Assembly (NCBI GenBank): GCA_039545335.1
Contig: BCIN01000009.1
Coordinates: 124,001 to 188,000 of the forward strand
DNA: 64,000 nucleotides
From: Kondoa subrosea
Lineage: Eukaryota
Reading direction: 5' to 3'
Shown: piece after piece, positions 51,683 to 64,000 of the stretch
How positions within the stretch are numbered: position 1 is the first letter of the stretch
Layout: every line of letters begins with the position of its first letter
Position numbers and translations under genes: made by a program
Notes under the pieces: model-generated
What the model saw: the letters and a program-made list of their open reading frames with translations, nothing else
Told to the model about the DNA's origin: nothing
Database searches by the model: none

Positions 51683-52585
51683 ATGACTTCACTCCGGCCT
51701 GGACTGAGTCTATCTCAATCTGGTACGATTGACACCAATCCCTAGACGACAGTGACTGATAGAAAGTGCTGCATCAGTCTTGTCTCGTTGCGATGGTTCG
51801 GCAAAATTTACTTTTGGCTCGACTTCTGTACTGGCTTCCCTTACTGGTCCATTAGAAGTGCGAATAAGGGATGAGCTGTTAGATCAAGCGACTTTACAAG
51901 TTTCTTCTCTCCCTTTAAGAGGTTTACCTTCGCCTTCAAACAAAGCTCTAGCTTACAGTATCAAACTCATCTTATCTTCTTTGCTTGATCTAAGAAAACA
52001 TCCTCGATCTCTTTTGCAATTAACTCTTCAAACTTTATCTTCCCCTTCAATGAAATATTCCAAACCATTTCGAACATTCACCGGATTTGAAGAAGAAGAG
52101 CAGGAAGAAGAATCAGACAGGGATGAAAGGTCGTGCGTTGAGTTCGCTGCTGCAATGAATGCGAGTATGGTTGCTTGTTTGGATGCTGGATTGGATATGC
52201 GCGGTGTTGCTGTAGCAGTAGGAATCGCTTTCGTCAAAGATCAAGGATTGGTACTGGACCCTAGTCCGGAAGTTGAAGCGAAAGCTCAAGTTTGCTTTGT
52301 GTTGGCTTTCTCTTTTGGTTTGGATGTGGGTGAAAAACAAGGTGCAATGGTTTGGTGTGAGACTTTAGGTACTGGAAAGAGTTCAGAATGGGATGAACAG
52401 GTCGTGAGTGTTTCCTGAACTAATGTAGAGCCGATGTTGATGTCTAGATAAAGCTGCGTGACGCAATTGATCTGGGAAGAATAGCTGCCCAATCAGTTCT
52501 GGCTTTTGTACGGCAATCTATTAAAAGCAAGTATGAAAAGCATATGGTCAAAGAAGAAGACGAAGATGCAACGATGGACGTGTAG
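51683..52585 (+). CDS. RRP46: Exosome complex component Rrp46 (RNase PH-like)
   Basis: LSRCDGSAKFTFGSTSVLASLTGPLEVRIRDELLDQATLQV, KHPRSLLQLTLQ, AAAMNASMVACLDAG and LVLDPS. Confidence 0.88.
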
Positions 52586-53383
52586 TGAAGCTATCAAGAT
52601 GGATCAAGCCATAGCCTCACTCGCTTGTCCATATTGTCAGCAAATATCGCGAAGAGGGCCTGCACCTCGTCATACTGCAGCGGAGAGACTTGACTCAGTA
52701 TCACACTTGCGAGTCCAATTAGGAAGATCTGCAAGCTCTTGTCCTGATACTTTTTCGAAGATTTCGCTCGTCTGCACGATTGGACGTCCAACTAGAGCTC
52801 CTATACTCTGTTAAATCAGGACACAGTACACTACAGTGCCGCTCTGTAGGACAGGCTTCTTTCTGCTATTCTTCTTTCTCGCAATGCCAGAATTTCGACT
52901 TCAAAACACCTGGTCGGCAAAGGCAGACAAGTATTGTACACAGAGGAAGATGACTAGAGATGCTGCTCAATTGAAGATTGTCGAAGCCCAGGGAGGATTG
53001 CAATCGTAGGACGGGATGCGAGGAAGGACCCCAGCATCTTACCTTACGTAAGCTGTTTACTTTCGCAAACACGTAATGCATTTTTCTGTTCGATAATGCT
53101 GTTGCCAAGAGTAGTGGCTAACACTGTCACTGCGGCAGAAAGTGGATATCGAATATATTCTGCAGCTCCCTTTCCAATTTGCGAAATTTGACAAACTTGA
53201 GCATCGCTCTGACCTGTACCACCAGCGTTGTTCTGAGTTCCTCGTCCCACCACACAACACAACACACCACTTAGGCAGGGCTGGGCGCTCTCACGCCCAA
53301 ATTTCGAAGCAGTACTTTGTCAGACCTTCCTGACTCAGACGTATTGTGCTACCAGCAGCTTCATCAGTGTCAGCCAGCTCGTC

Positions 53384-54790
53384 ATGCCAATCAGTCAGCT
53401 TCTTTCCGTTCGTGCTGTGCGCTGCATATTGTACAATAGCACAGGCTGAGTCCAATTTCAGGCTGGCCTAGGACCTCAGATCTATGCACATCTTGCGGCT
53501 ATCGAAGCATTGAGATTCTCTTCTTGTTCCCAAGTCTGGCGAGGTGAATTCACAAGACTGCTCGTCAATTCGGCCAGAAAGAAGCTAGGTCGCTTCGTCA
53601 AGGATGTTCCGTATGTACCACTCATATAGTCTGATACGTGATTATTGCTTATACTAGACCGCAGCACTTTCATCAAATTATTGGCAGCCCATGGCCATCT
53701 CATCGCCGGCTCTATGGTTGTCTCTTTGCTAACTGGTCGAGAGTTTGACAAGCATGATGGGAAAGCCAGTGATATGTACGTCAATAGGTCTTTGATGAGA
53801 CCGCAGCTCACTTTCAAGCAGGGACATCTATTGTTCTGTCGGCAGTGCTGGGTAAGTCCGGACGAAATCTTCTTTCGTATTACTGATATCTGCGCAGTTG
53901 CTTGGCGAAATACTTGATTCAGTGCGAAGGCTATGAACAACACAAAACGCCTGTCGAACAAATCGAAGCTTACGGTGAACGTCGTCGTGCTGATGCGGAA
54001 GACTTTATCGAACCTGATGACTACAACATGGGCTTCTTCGGCTCCGCGCTCAACCAAATCATAAAGTTGAAGAAAGGGGTTCAAGAGATTGATGTCATCG
54101 AAGCCAATGTCCCCGATCCAAGAGCTCTCATCTACTCTTTTCATTCAACTGTCGTGGTCAATGCTCTAGCTGCCAATCAAATCGTATGCTACTATCCGAA
54201 ACTCACGCTCAATTTTAAGAACCAGTCTCTGAACGCTAATTTGATTCCCCGTACTTGGGATCTCATCTACAACAAATGGCAAAGTCGTGGTTGGAAGCCC
54301 ATCCTTGGTACTGCTTCTCGTCATCGTATTGAAGCGCTCGAGGAAGAAGACTTCGCTCCCTATCATGCTCATCGACCTGAACCTCCAACTCCAGCAAAGT
54401 GCGTACACCTTGCTAGGCTTCGGCCATCGACTTACTAATCGAGATCAGGATCTATTGCCCTTTGTTGAATGAAGATGAAGAGTCAGATGTGGACGAATCC
54501 CTTGACAGTAGGTCTTCTTTCACTTCAGCTGATTCGTAGCTGAGCTAACAGGAAAATCTGCAGTCAACAACGATTGGAAGTTTGATTATCTTGATTGCTG
54601 TTCTGTCACCGAAGAATTGCGAGAAGATCACGGTATTCCTATGGCACCTATCAATTTCAATCATGTTGAAAAGGAAAGACATCGTATGATTATGCAAGAA
54701 TTTCGCGAGAGGGAGGAAAAATTGTCGAAGAAAGCTGATGAGGATTTGGACAAGTTGCAGCATGATTTGGAAGTCACTCGTCTGGGGTAG
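53384..54790 (+). CDS. Hypothetical protein with pol-beta-like nucleotidyltransferase signature
   Basis: Spliced LIAGSMVVSLLTG...KASDM|DIYC (hGS...DhD), then FHSTVVVN...YYPKLT...KWQSRGW. Confidence 0.6.
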
Positions 54791-55157
54791 AGGTGAGCAG
54801 CTGTTGTGATTGATCGGTCTGGCAACTGATACGCGCGTTGTCTCGTTTTATAAGATGCCTTTCTGTCATCACGAGGTGTTTCGAGAGTGGCATGAGATGA
54901 TTCGGGGGAAGCTTGTTCGAGACGCAGTATTGATCTAGCTGGTTCTAGACGCATCGTCGTCTCGTCTTCTTGCTTGTGTTCGCAACTCGCAAGAACTTCA
55001 CGCGACACTTTGACTTATTACGATCATCTGCTTTTGAGACTATACACGCTCCTTTGGTATTTGAGTGACTCCTATATCCTCGCGCAAGAACCTTTGCTGT
55101 TTCCGTTTCGCTCAGACTCTTCGCGCTCGAGCCAAAAATCGCTTGTTTGGTTTCATC

Positions 55158-56717
<1,560 letters not shown>

Positions 56718-56810
56718 TGACAGCAGCATAGTGCATCGCATTGTGAGGGATATCCGCGTCTGTAGCATTTGATACCCAAATGTAATCTACAACCCTTTTT
56801 GCTGTAATTA

Positions 56811-58209
56811 TTACAATTTTGGTGTCACTTTCCAATCCCCATTTGACTCGACTTGAGATGCTAAGTTTTCTGGAAGTGGGGCAGAAGCAAAAGCGGCCCT
56901 GATGGGCGTAATGCTGATCATACCAGCGTGTATTGCGTGAATATCCCTGTAAATCAACATCAGTCCGAAGATATCCAGTAATATCGGGACTGGGTCACTC
57001 ACGTGCCTTCGACCTTCAACAAAAGCTTATCAGCTTGAGAGCAGCCACTATCGTTTTGTCAGACTCACCAATTCTTCCGATTTCGGATTCACCAAGCCTT
57101 GAATATCAGGTTTGAACATGAATGTCATCTTCTCGCCCAACACAGGTGTGATTCTCTCTCCTTCTTTCTTGCCACTCGTCTGCTGATTCTGCGCATCAGG
57201 TCCAGCCTTTTTCGTTTCCCCTTGCTCTACTGTCTTCTGATCGTCAACAGGTGCAAAGAGTCGTTTATACCTTGTCGTAGCCATAGTAGTAAATCGAGCT
57301 GGTGGGTTTTGAGAATCGCATTCGAGAATAGAAGGAACAAGGGGTAGGTTGATACTGTACAGATCCAAAGCTCCATCGATTGCGTTCCTTTCAGATAAGA
57401 AACCAGATTCCCATAGACGGGATAGAACGGTGCATGACATTAGATGAGCTTGTTTGACTATTTCAGGTGCGATAGCTGTATGCGAAGCGCAACCAACCGT
57501 ATCAACCCTAGGCTGATACAGTCGAAGTGTGGACATACGTTTTTGAAAGACTCCGTATGAAAGAGCGATAGATGGTACGAGAGAAAGACCGGCAGACATA
57601 GCTGCTCCTATCGTCCCAGAAGAGAGGGCGAAAGCGGAAGAAGTGTTTCGACCATAATTTGGCCCGGAAATGACTAAATCGATTTGACCTGGATAGAGGT
57701 TATGAAGCGCTATATTGCTACATGTTGCTGGTGTTCCGTCTAACAGAATCCATTGATCTTCTTCTTCCTCATTCGCGCGTGCGATTGATAGCTTGTCGCC
57801 TGATAGACCGTCTGGTTTCTGAGGGTAGAAGTAGGATAAGTCGCATTGTGCAGCGATGAACTGTACAACGACCATCCATCTAAGCACACAAGCGTGCGTA
57901 GAAGAACAATTATCGCACATAGGCTTTACCAATCTTCGCGTATACAGATCAACGTCACGAACAGCTCGCTTTGATGAGCAGACTCACCCAGCTCTTCTGA
58001 GTAGAGGGAAGCACGACCAGTACATTCCATCCTAGCACTTCTCTCAAAGCTTGCACGAAACCATAGACGAAAGGTGAGCTCGCCAAATCAGGCTGATTGA
58101 GAGCGTTTCAAGGCAGCACTTGAATGACTGATGAAGGATAGCTCACTGGCCCATCGTCGTTAGTGACTAGCACTGTAGGCCTTGACTTCTTGCTGCTGCT
58201 GCTGCTCAT
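56811..58209 (-). CDS. SurE-family phosphatase/nucleotidase (Pby1 N-terminal-domain-like)
   Basis: VLVTNDDGP, VVLPSTQKSW, LLDGTPATCSNIAL and DLVISGPNYGRNTSSAFALSSGTIGAA. Confidence 0.9.
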
Positions 58210-58245
58210 GACGCGGTTGAAGCAAGACGACCGACCGATTGAAAT
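58210..58245. promoter_or_regulatory. Putative bidirectional promoter region (36 nt between the SurE and RPC25 start codons)
   Basis: Head-to-head ATGs at 58209 (-) and 58246 (+). Confidence 0.55.
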
Positions 58246-59446
58246 ATGTTTATAGTGAGCAAACACAAAGTGAGAGCGGATGGGTTGGATCATGAGCAAA
58301 TAGGCAAGAGGCTGATTACAATAGTGAATTAGGACACCATCAAAGTCGAAGCTCAGGATTCTGGCTCAGAAACGCAGGATGTGATAAAAGCAGTCATCAA
58401 TAGAAAATATTGCAACAAGGTCAGTCAATTAAAGCGGTCGAGCGTGCAGCAGTGTCTGACTGTGGATTCTAGATTGTTACGAATGTTGGATTGGCTATTT
58501 GCGTTTTCGACATCCTGAATTGCTCAGAGGGAATGGTCTTCTATGGCGACGGCTGCCTGTATTACAAAGGTCCGTTAAATCGAGATGTATCCGCTTGTAG
58601 CTGATGCATTTCGATCATGATGGACAGTCATCTTCCGTTTGGTCATTTTCCGGCCTGCGATAGATGAAGCTTTTGAAGCCAAAGTCGCTAGCTGTACGGA
58701 AGCCGGTCTCAGAGGTGCACATCTCTCTCTTCATGATCTATGACTCGTCTCAATCTATCGCATTCAGTAACGACAAAGTTCTTCGAGGATATACACGTTC
58801 CGAAACAATTCTTTCCGAACGGAACTGCCTAGTAAGTCATTTCTAATGCTCATTGCTCTGTTCTTGACTTCTCGCAGCGACACAGGCCGAGCTAGGTGGT
58901 TCTGGTATCCAGATTATGAAGCATTACTAGAATCCATTCAACCACCTCCTCAAGAAGCAGAGCCCACATCTCCTCATTCTTCCGATAATGAAGATACAGT
59001 ATCAGGAGCAGCACCGAATGGGAAACATTACAACCCACAAGAAGTAGCTTGGAAATTCAATATGAAACTATTACAAACCGATCCTGAAGATAGGTATTAT
59101 ATTGAATTAGGCGAAACTCTCAGAGTGAGAACGATTGATCTTATTTTCAATGATTCTGGGCCTACGGAACCGCCTAAAGCGTTGGGAATGGAAACTGCTG
59201 TTCAGGGTGCTTCGAGTAATGCTCAAGGAGCAGTACCGTTCACTGTTATTGTACGTCTTCTTCTAGTCTTTGTGCTTTTGTAAAAGCTGACAATGTGTTC
59301 TGTAGGCGTCGATACAAGAAACAGGTCTGGGAGTAGTTGGTTGGGTAATTTTCTTGTCTTTCCGTTCAGTGATGCAAATATACTGATAATTGTTGCAGTG
59401 GAGACCGGCGGAAGCTGACGAAGAGGAAGAAGCAATGGAAGAGTGA
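58246..59446 (+). CDS. RPC25: RNA polymerase III subunit C25 (Rpc25/RPC8)
   Basis: MFIVSKHK|DTIKV...INRKYCNK|IVTNVGLAICVFDI...GDGCLYYK|VIFRLVIFRP...FFEDIHVP...ASIQETGLGVVG|WW. Confidence 0.9.
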
Positions 59447-59496
59447 TTGTTCTGGCTTAGAAGATATCCCTCATTAAGCATACCAAAGCATGTAAA

Positions 59497-59540
59497 TGTC
59501 ATCGGGTTGGCATTCATTGTCATCGGGTTGGCATTCATTG
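59497..59540. repeat. Perfect 21-bp tandem duplication
   Basis: tgtcatcgggttggcattcat x2, about 50 nt downstream of the RPC25 stop. Confidence 0.95.
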
Positions 59541-59949
59541 ACTCGGCAGAGCGTGCTCTCGCAATTGAATTTGTCCTTCTCGTAAAGGATTGATTAGAGA
59601 AAACAGAGACTGGAAGAAAGACAATTGTGTCCTGCTCCCGTTAAAGCGAGGGGAACGATGCGTCGATGAAGAGCGACTTCTCCAGCATAAAGATTAAGCC
59701 GCGTCATGCTACAAATCCTAGCTATGACTGCCAAGATAGCTGTTGTGCACAGTCAGTGATATTCGCGCACGGTCCTTCGAATTTGTGCTCCCTTTGTTTT
59801 CTGAAGATTCTGTCTGTTGTTCTTGTCGTTTACTTCATTTTGCTCTTCTCGACATTGTCTTCACATATCCTGGCATGCTTGCATCTGTGATTTGATACCA
59901 CTCACACTCGTTTCCCCTGTCGTTCAGCATTATTGCATTTCCCTGAAAA

Positions 59950-62336
59950 ATGGGTCAAAGAGTTTCTCATCCCAATGGTCTCACTACTGCTCCTGCTATA
60001 CCCTACAACAACTTGACTTCGCCTTTCTTACACTTCTCTCCTTCTATACCAAACAATCTCAAGCCAATAACAGACCAAACTTCGAATGTCCAAGCAGTCA
60101 AGTCGAGACGGAAACGGCGGCAGTACGATGACCGGATTAATCAAGAGTTGAGCAGCACATCAATAGGAGCTCGAGCACCTCCGGTAGTAGATTGGACGAC
60201 CTTACAACTTGATTCAGAGCGTGACCTCGTAAGCGATTCAATCTCTTTACAAACCATCACACACAACCCTGACCTGTAATATACGCTCAGTTACCTGACT
60301 TTTCGTTTGTTGGCGCGTTTCAATCCAATCAAGAACTCCCTTCGACTAAAACACCAGCTTCCATTACATTAAAACCAAGAACAGATACCCGAGATCGAAC
60401 AGCAGAGATACAAAACGCAATAAACACCTTAGCACAACAAGGTGGTGGGATCGTAGAATTGGCTGAAGGAACTTATTACCTTTCTGGCGATACTATCAAT
60501 CTTTGGGGAAACGATGTAACGCTCAGAGGGGAATTGGAAAGTGATTTACTCAATCGAGCTCCACCTACGGTATTGCAAATCGCTGGTCAGAAGAGAGATA
60601 TCTTTAGTATAGGGAATCCCGGGTTGAAGGCTGCTGTTCCTATTTCATCAGCCAATTCGACCATAATAGAGTAAGCGTCTTTGTCTCTCAATACTGGAAG
60701 GCAGCTGATTGCGATGGTACAGCTCGTATGTGGCTGTCGGCACGAACACATTGCGAGTACAAGACTCGAGCGTCTTCTCTTTGCGCCAGGTAAGCACACC
60801 TCCCCCGTTCAAAATAATATGCTCAGCTAGAGGCTCGGCTCACAGGATGTATACGTTACCAAGGTCGTCAGCGAGGCTTGGTTGACTGTACTCGGAATGA
60901 ATGATCTTGTGCGCGATGGAACACCTCAAGGTCAACATCTCCCGGTAGCATGCACAATACATATCAGCTGATAACCTAATCTATATAGTCTGGCTAGCAC
61001 CCGGAACATTAGTACAACAGCCTCGACGGATAGTTGCAATCAACAATACTCGAAATGCCTTGACTTTCGATATACCTCTTACTGATTCTATACGGACAAA
61101 CACTACTATTGGTTATATCGTTGGCTATACACCACCAGCGAATAGAACTAGTGGAACAAGTGTGGAAAATTTCACAATACGCTTGTTTGAAGATCAATCC
61201 GATTTACCTATCAATGACCCCAATGCGTTTGGCAACGTTTTCAGCTTTGGTACTTTTTCGCAAGACAACTGGATCAGGAATCTGGATTTAGGCGTGAGCT
61301 GACATTATCGAGATTTCATTCCTTCTGTGAGCTAAATTATCCTTGCCGCGTTCATAGGGTTTCCTTCAGTTCATTCATGTTGAACCGAACGCCAAAAGAA
61401 TTACAATGCAAGATGTCGTCATGCGTCGAGATAAAGTAACAAACACCAGCGCTGGACTACCTGCCGATATCTTGATCGATGGTTCTCAAGTCTTGATACA
61501 TCGATGTAAGTATGCTTTTTTTACTATACAGTCATCGCTCAGGCATGCAACAGGCACCACGACTGGAGTTCAGAACTCTAGAACATTCACAGTAGCTACT
61601 GGCGCACTCGTTCCTGGTCCGAATACTATACTGCAGCATAGGTGAGCCTGCTCTGACGTACGATGAACATGCGCTTAATACAAAACACAGCACGACACTG
61701 CCTGAACACTTGTTGCAACCTCACGCGCGTTGGGCTACAGGAATCTTGGTCGATAGCTCTTCTGTGGGAGGAGTGCAGCTCTTCGATCGAGGCACGAAAG
61801 GTTCCGGGCATGGCTGGGCTTGCAGCAATTCGGTAGCTTGGAACTGCGTTGGTTTTGGTCAGATAGACGTCCAATCACCACCAACGTCGGCAAACCTGTG
61901 TGTTGGTTGTGTTGGTCAAATCAAAAGGTAGCGTCCAATCATGATCCTTGTTACTTATTACTTACGTCTTCCGTCAAGTGACGCAACTCCAAGATCATTC
62001 ATTTCTCCACAAGTACCCGTCAGCCCAGCATCTCTTTTCGAAACACAATTAGCGGCAAGGGTTGGCGTGGCCCAGGCTCAAGCTATAGTATATCCAATAA
62101 TGGTGAACAGAATGCTCTATTACCTAATTCAAGTCACTGATGCAGCCCGTCTTTAGCCTGGAGGCCTGCTCCCGCTGGCACCAAATTCGAGTGGAGTCGT
62201 TGTCAACAATAGAACAGGAGATGGAAGTACCGGAGGACAAACAAGACTCAGCGAGGGTCGACAGCGGACGTTGTCAAGGACACTCCTATGTACCAGTGCG
62301 GTTGCGCTGATGTTAGCAGTAATGCAAGGTCTTTAA
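59950..62336 (+). CDS. Right-handed beta-helix (pectin lyase-fold) protein with hydrophobic C-terminal tail; start uncertain
   Basis: LPDFSFVG, DRTAEIQNAINTLAQQGGGIVELAEGTYYL, QPHARWATGILVD, RGTKGSGHGW, VQSPP and PASLFETQLAAR; ends LLCTSAVALMLAVMQGL*. Confidence 0.75.
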
Positions 62337-62475
62337 AATGTGTTCTGGTAAAGCATGGTTTCCAAGCATACATCGAACAGGCTGTGTATCATGTGACAAG
62401 CATCATCTACATACAAAGGGTATCCCTATGATCTGAACATCACAGCTTTAATACATGCAAGATTCCAATCAGCAA

Positions 62476-64000
62476 TTAGACGTTGAACGAGGCAGCAGTC
62501 GGCGTCTGCAATGCAGAAATGAAAGCACTTGAGAGAAGATCGGTAGCCGAGGGCCTTGCGTTGTGGTCACTGTTCTACACATGAGCGTTCCTCGATGCCT
62601 CGTGTTTGACGAGACTGACAGCAAGAATGTCTGCTTGAGGAAGTCTTGAGCATCAACTGTAATGTCCGAAGGGATTTCAGGCGAGGCGGACATTGTTCCG
62701 ATCTGCCGAGACGTCAGACCGCACTTTCCGCAAAAGCGATAGCCTCTTACTCTGAATAATGCTTGCATTTGATTGAGATGGACGTGCGGGTGGTTGCCAG
62801 TCAACATTTCGATAATAACGCATCCCAAAGACCAGATATCGGCTTTGCTTGTGTATGTGGTCTGTTTAACGACCTCTGGGAAAAAGCATGAGAAGAGCCA
62901 CTTGACGGAATGAATGATCTTACCCGGTGCCATCCAAAAGACTGATCCTTGCAATGAAGGCCGGTGTACTCTGGTTGACAAGATATCTATACAGTCATCA
63001 ATATGATTCAATTGCATTTGAAAGAATTTCGTACCATCTTCAACCTTTTTGGAAATGCCAAAATCTGAGATCTTGACGGCTCCCTTATTATCGACTGGAG
63101 AGGAATCAGTCGGCGCGTTGCAAATGTCAAATCCAAGCTCACCTAATATATTTGCACCCTTAATATCTCGATGAATAATATCGCGCTCGTGCAAGTAAAT
63201 CAAGCCAAGTAGGATCTGGCGAACAAAAGTTCGAACGAGCGGTTCTTCGAAGGCTCCGTAATTGCGTAGAAGTGCCACGACAGAGCCGCCTGGCACATAT
63301 TCGAGAAAAATGTTCAGGTGAGCAGCATCGGAGGATGAATCTGTATGACAGGTCAGCAGCATTACGATCGACAAAGTAGGTCCTACCCAGGTATTGTACG
63401 ATATTGTCATGTTGCAAGCCCTTCAAGAGCTCAATCTCTCGTTGTAGTGCTTCGAGCATGCTCTTCTTGCGCGATTCGTTGTGTGAGTCGCCCGTCGGGA
63501 TCTCGACCTGCTTGACTGCCATAAAGCTTCCATTTAGGGCATGCAGAGCCAAGAACACCTGTTACCAATGAGCATCTGCATGCCACATGTTGATTGATCC
63601 ATACCTGACCGAAACTTCCCGCACCAATCAAAGCACCCTTGATCCATTTAATCTCTGTTTTGGCTAAGGAATCACATTTAGATAGATTATTGGACAGCCT
63701 GACACAAGACATACTGCCTGTTGATGTAAGTTTCTGATGCGGACCGCCTTCTTCAGCTTCTTCCTCTTCATCATGGTCATCATCGTCGTCATCGTCATCT
63801 TCTTCCTCTTCCTCTTCTTCCTCAATGCTATCTTGATCGGCTTCAGCATCTGCACTCAAGCCACCAAGTGATGATTTTCGACCAAGACTAGCAATGCTTT
63901 TCTTGTCGTCATCTCCGTGCTCGCTGGTCTCTTCACCGCCCCATACACTCATGCTCATGCGGCGATGCTCGACTTCCGCAGTAATTTCATCAACCGTCAG
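62476..64000 (-). CDS. STE11: MAP kinase kinase kinase Ste11-like, C-terminal kinase domain (5' part outside the window)
   Basis: [68 protein letters not shown] and [19 protein letters not shown]. Confidence 0.92.

Noticed and set aside
52594..53333. Short ORFs between RRP46 and the NTase-like gene
   Set aside because: I could not build a consistent spliced model or recognise any motif
63755..63825. tct/tca/tcg trinucleotide-like repeat
   Set aside because: It simply encodes an acidic Glu/Asp linker of Ste11

Overview
Gene-dense, intron-rich fungal genomic DNA with many ~50-65 nt introns, frequent micro-exons and several GC-AG introns. The gene repertoire and sequence style suggest a basidiomycete, possibly Pucciniomycotina; this is inference. 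About 30 protein-coding genes can be modelled by hand. Housekeeping genes include SEC31 (partial), an M16 metallopeptidase, RPS16, MOCS2B, PNS1, RRP46, ARP1, SurE, RPC25 and STE11 (partial). There are also several orphan or poorly characterised genes. The main signal is a compact ~18 kb putative aromatic-catabolism cluster (10175-28006) built as three head-to-head pairs plus a regulator and a transporter. It contains an uncharacterised small protein / LigB-type extradiol dioxygenase pair, a C2H2+Zn2Cys6 transcription factor, a cupin / divergent fumarylacetoacetase pair, a catalytically degenerate ALDH-like protein paired with an in-frame CocE-NonD hydrolase::FAD monooxygenase fusion, and an MFS transporter. 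No rRNA, tRNA, CRISPR array or transposon could be supported. All gene models are manual splice reconstructions and all family assignments are from recalled motifs, not database searches.
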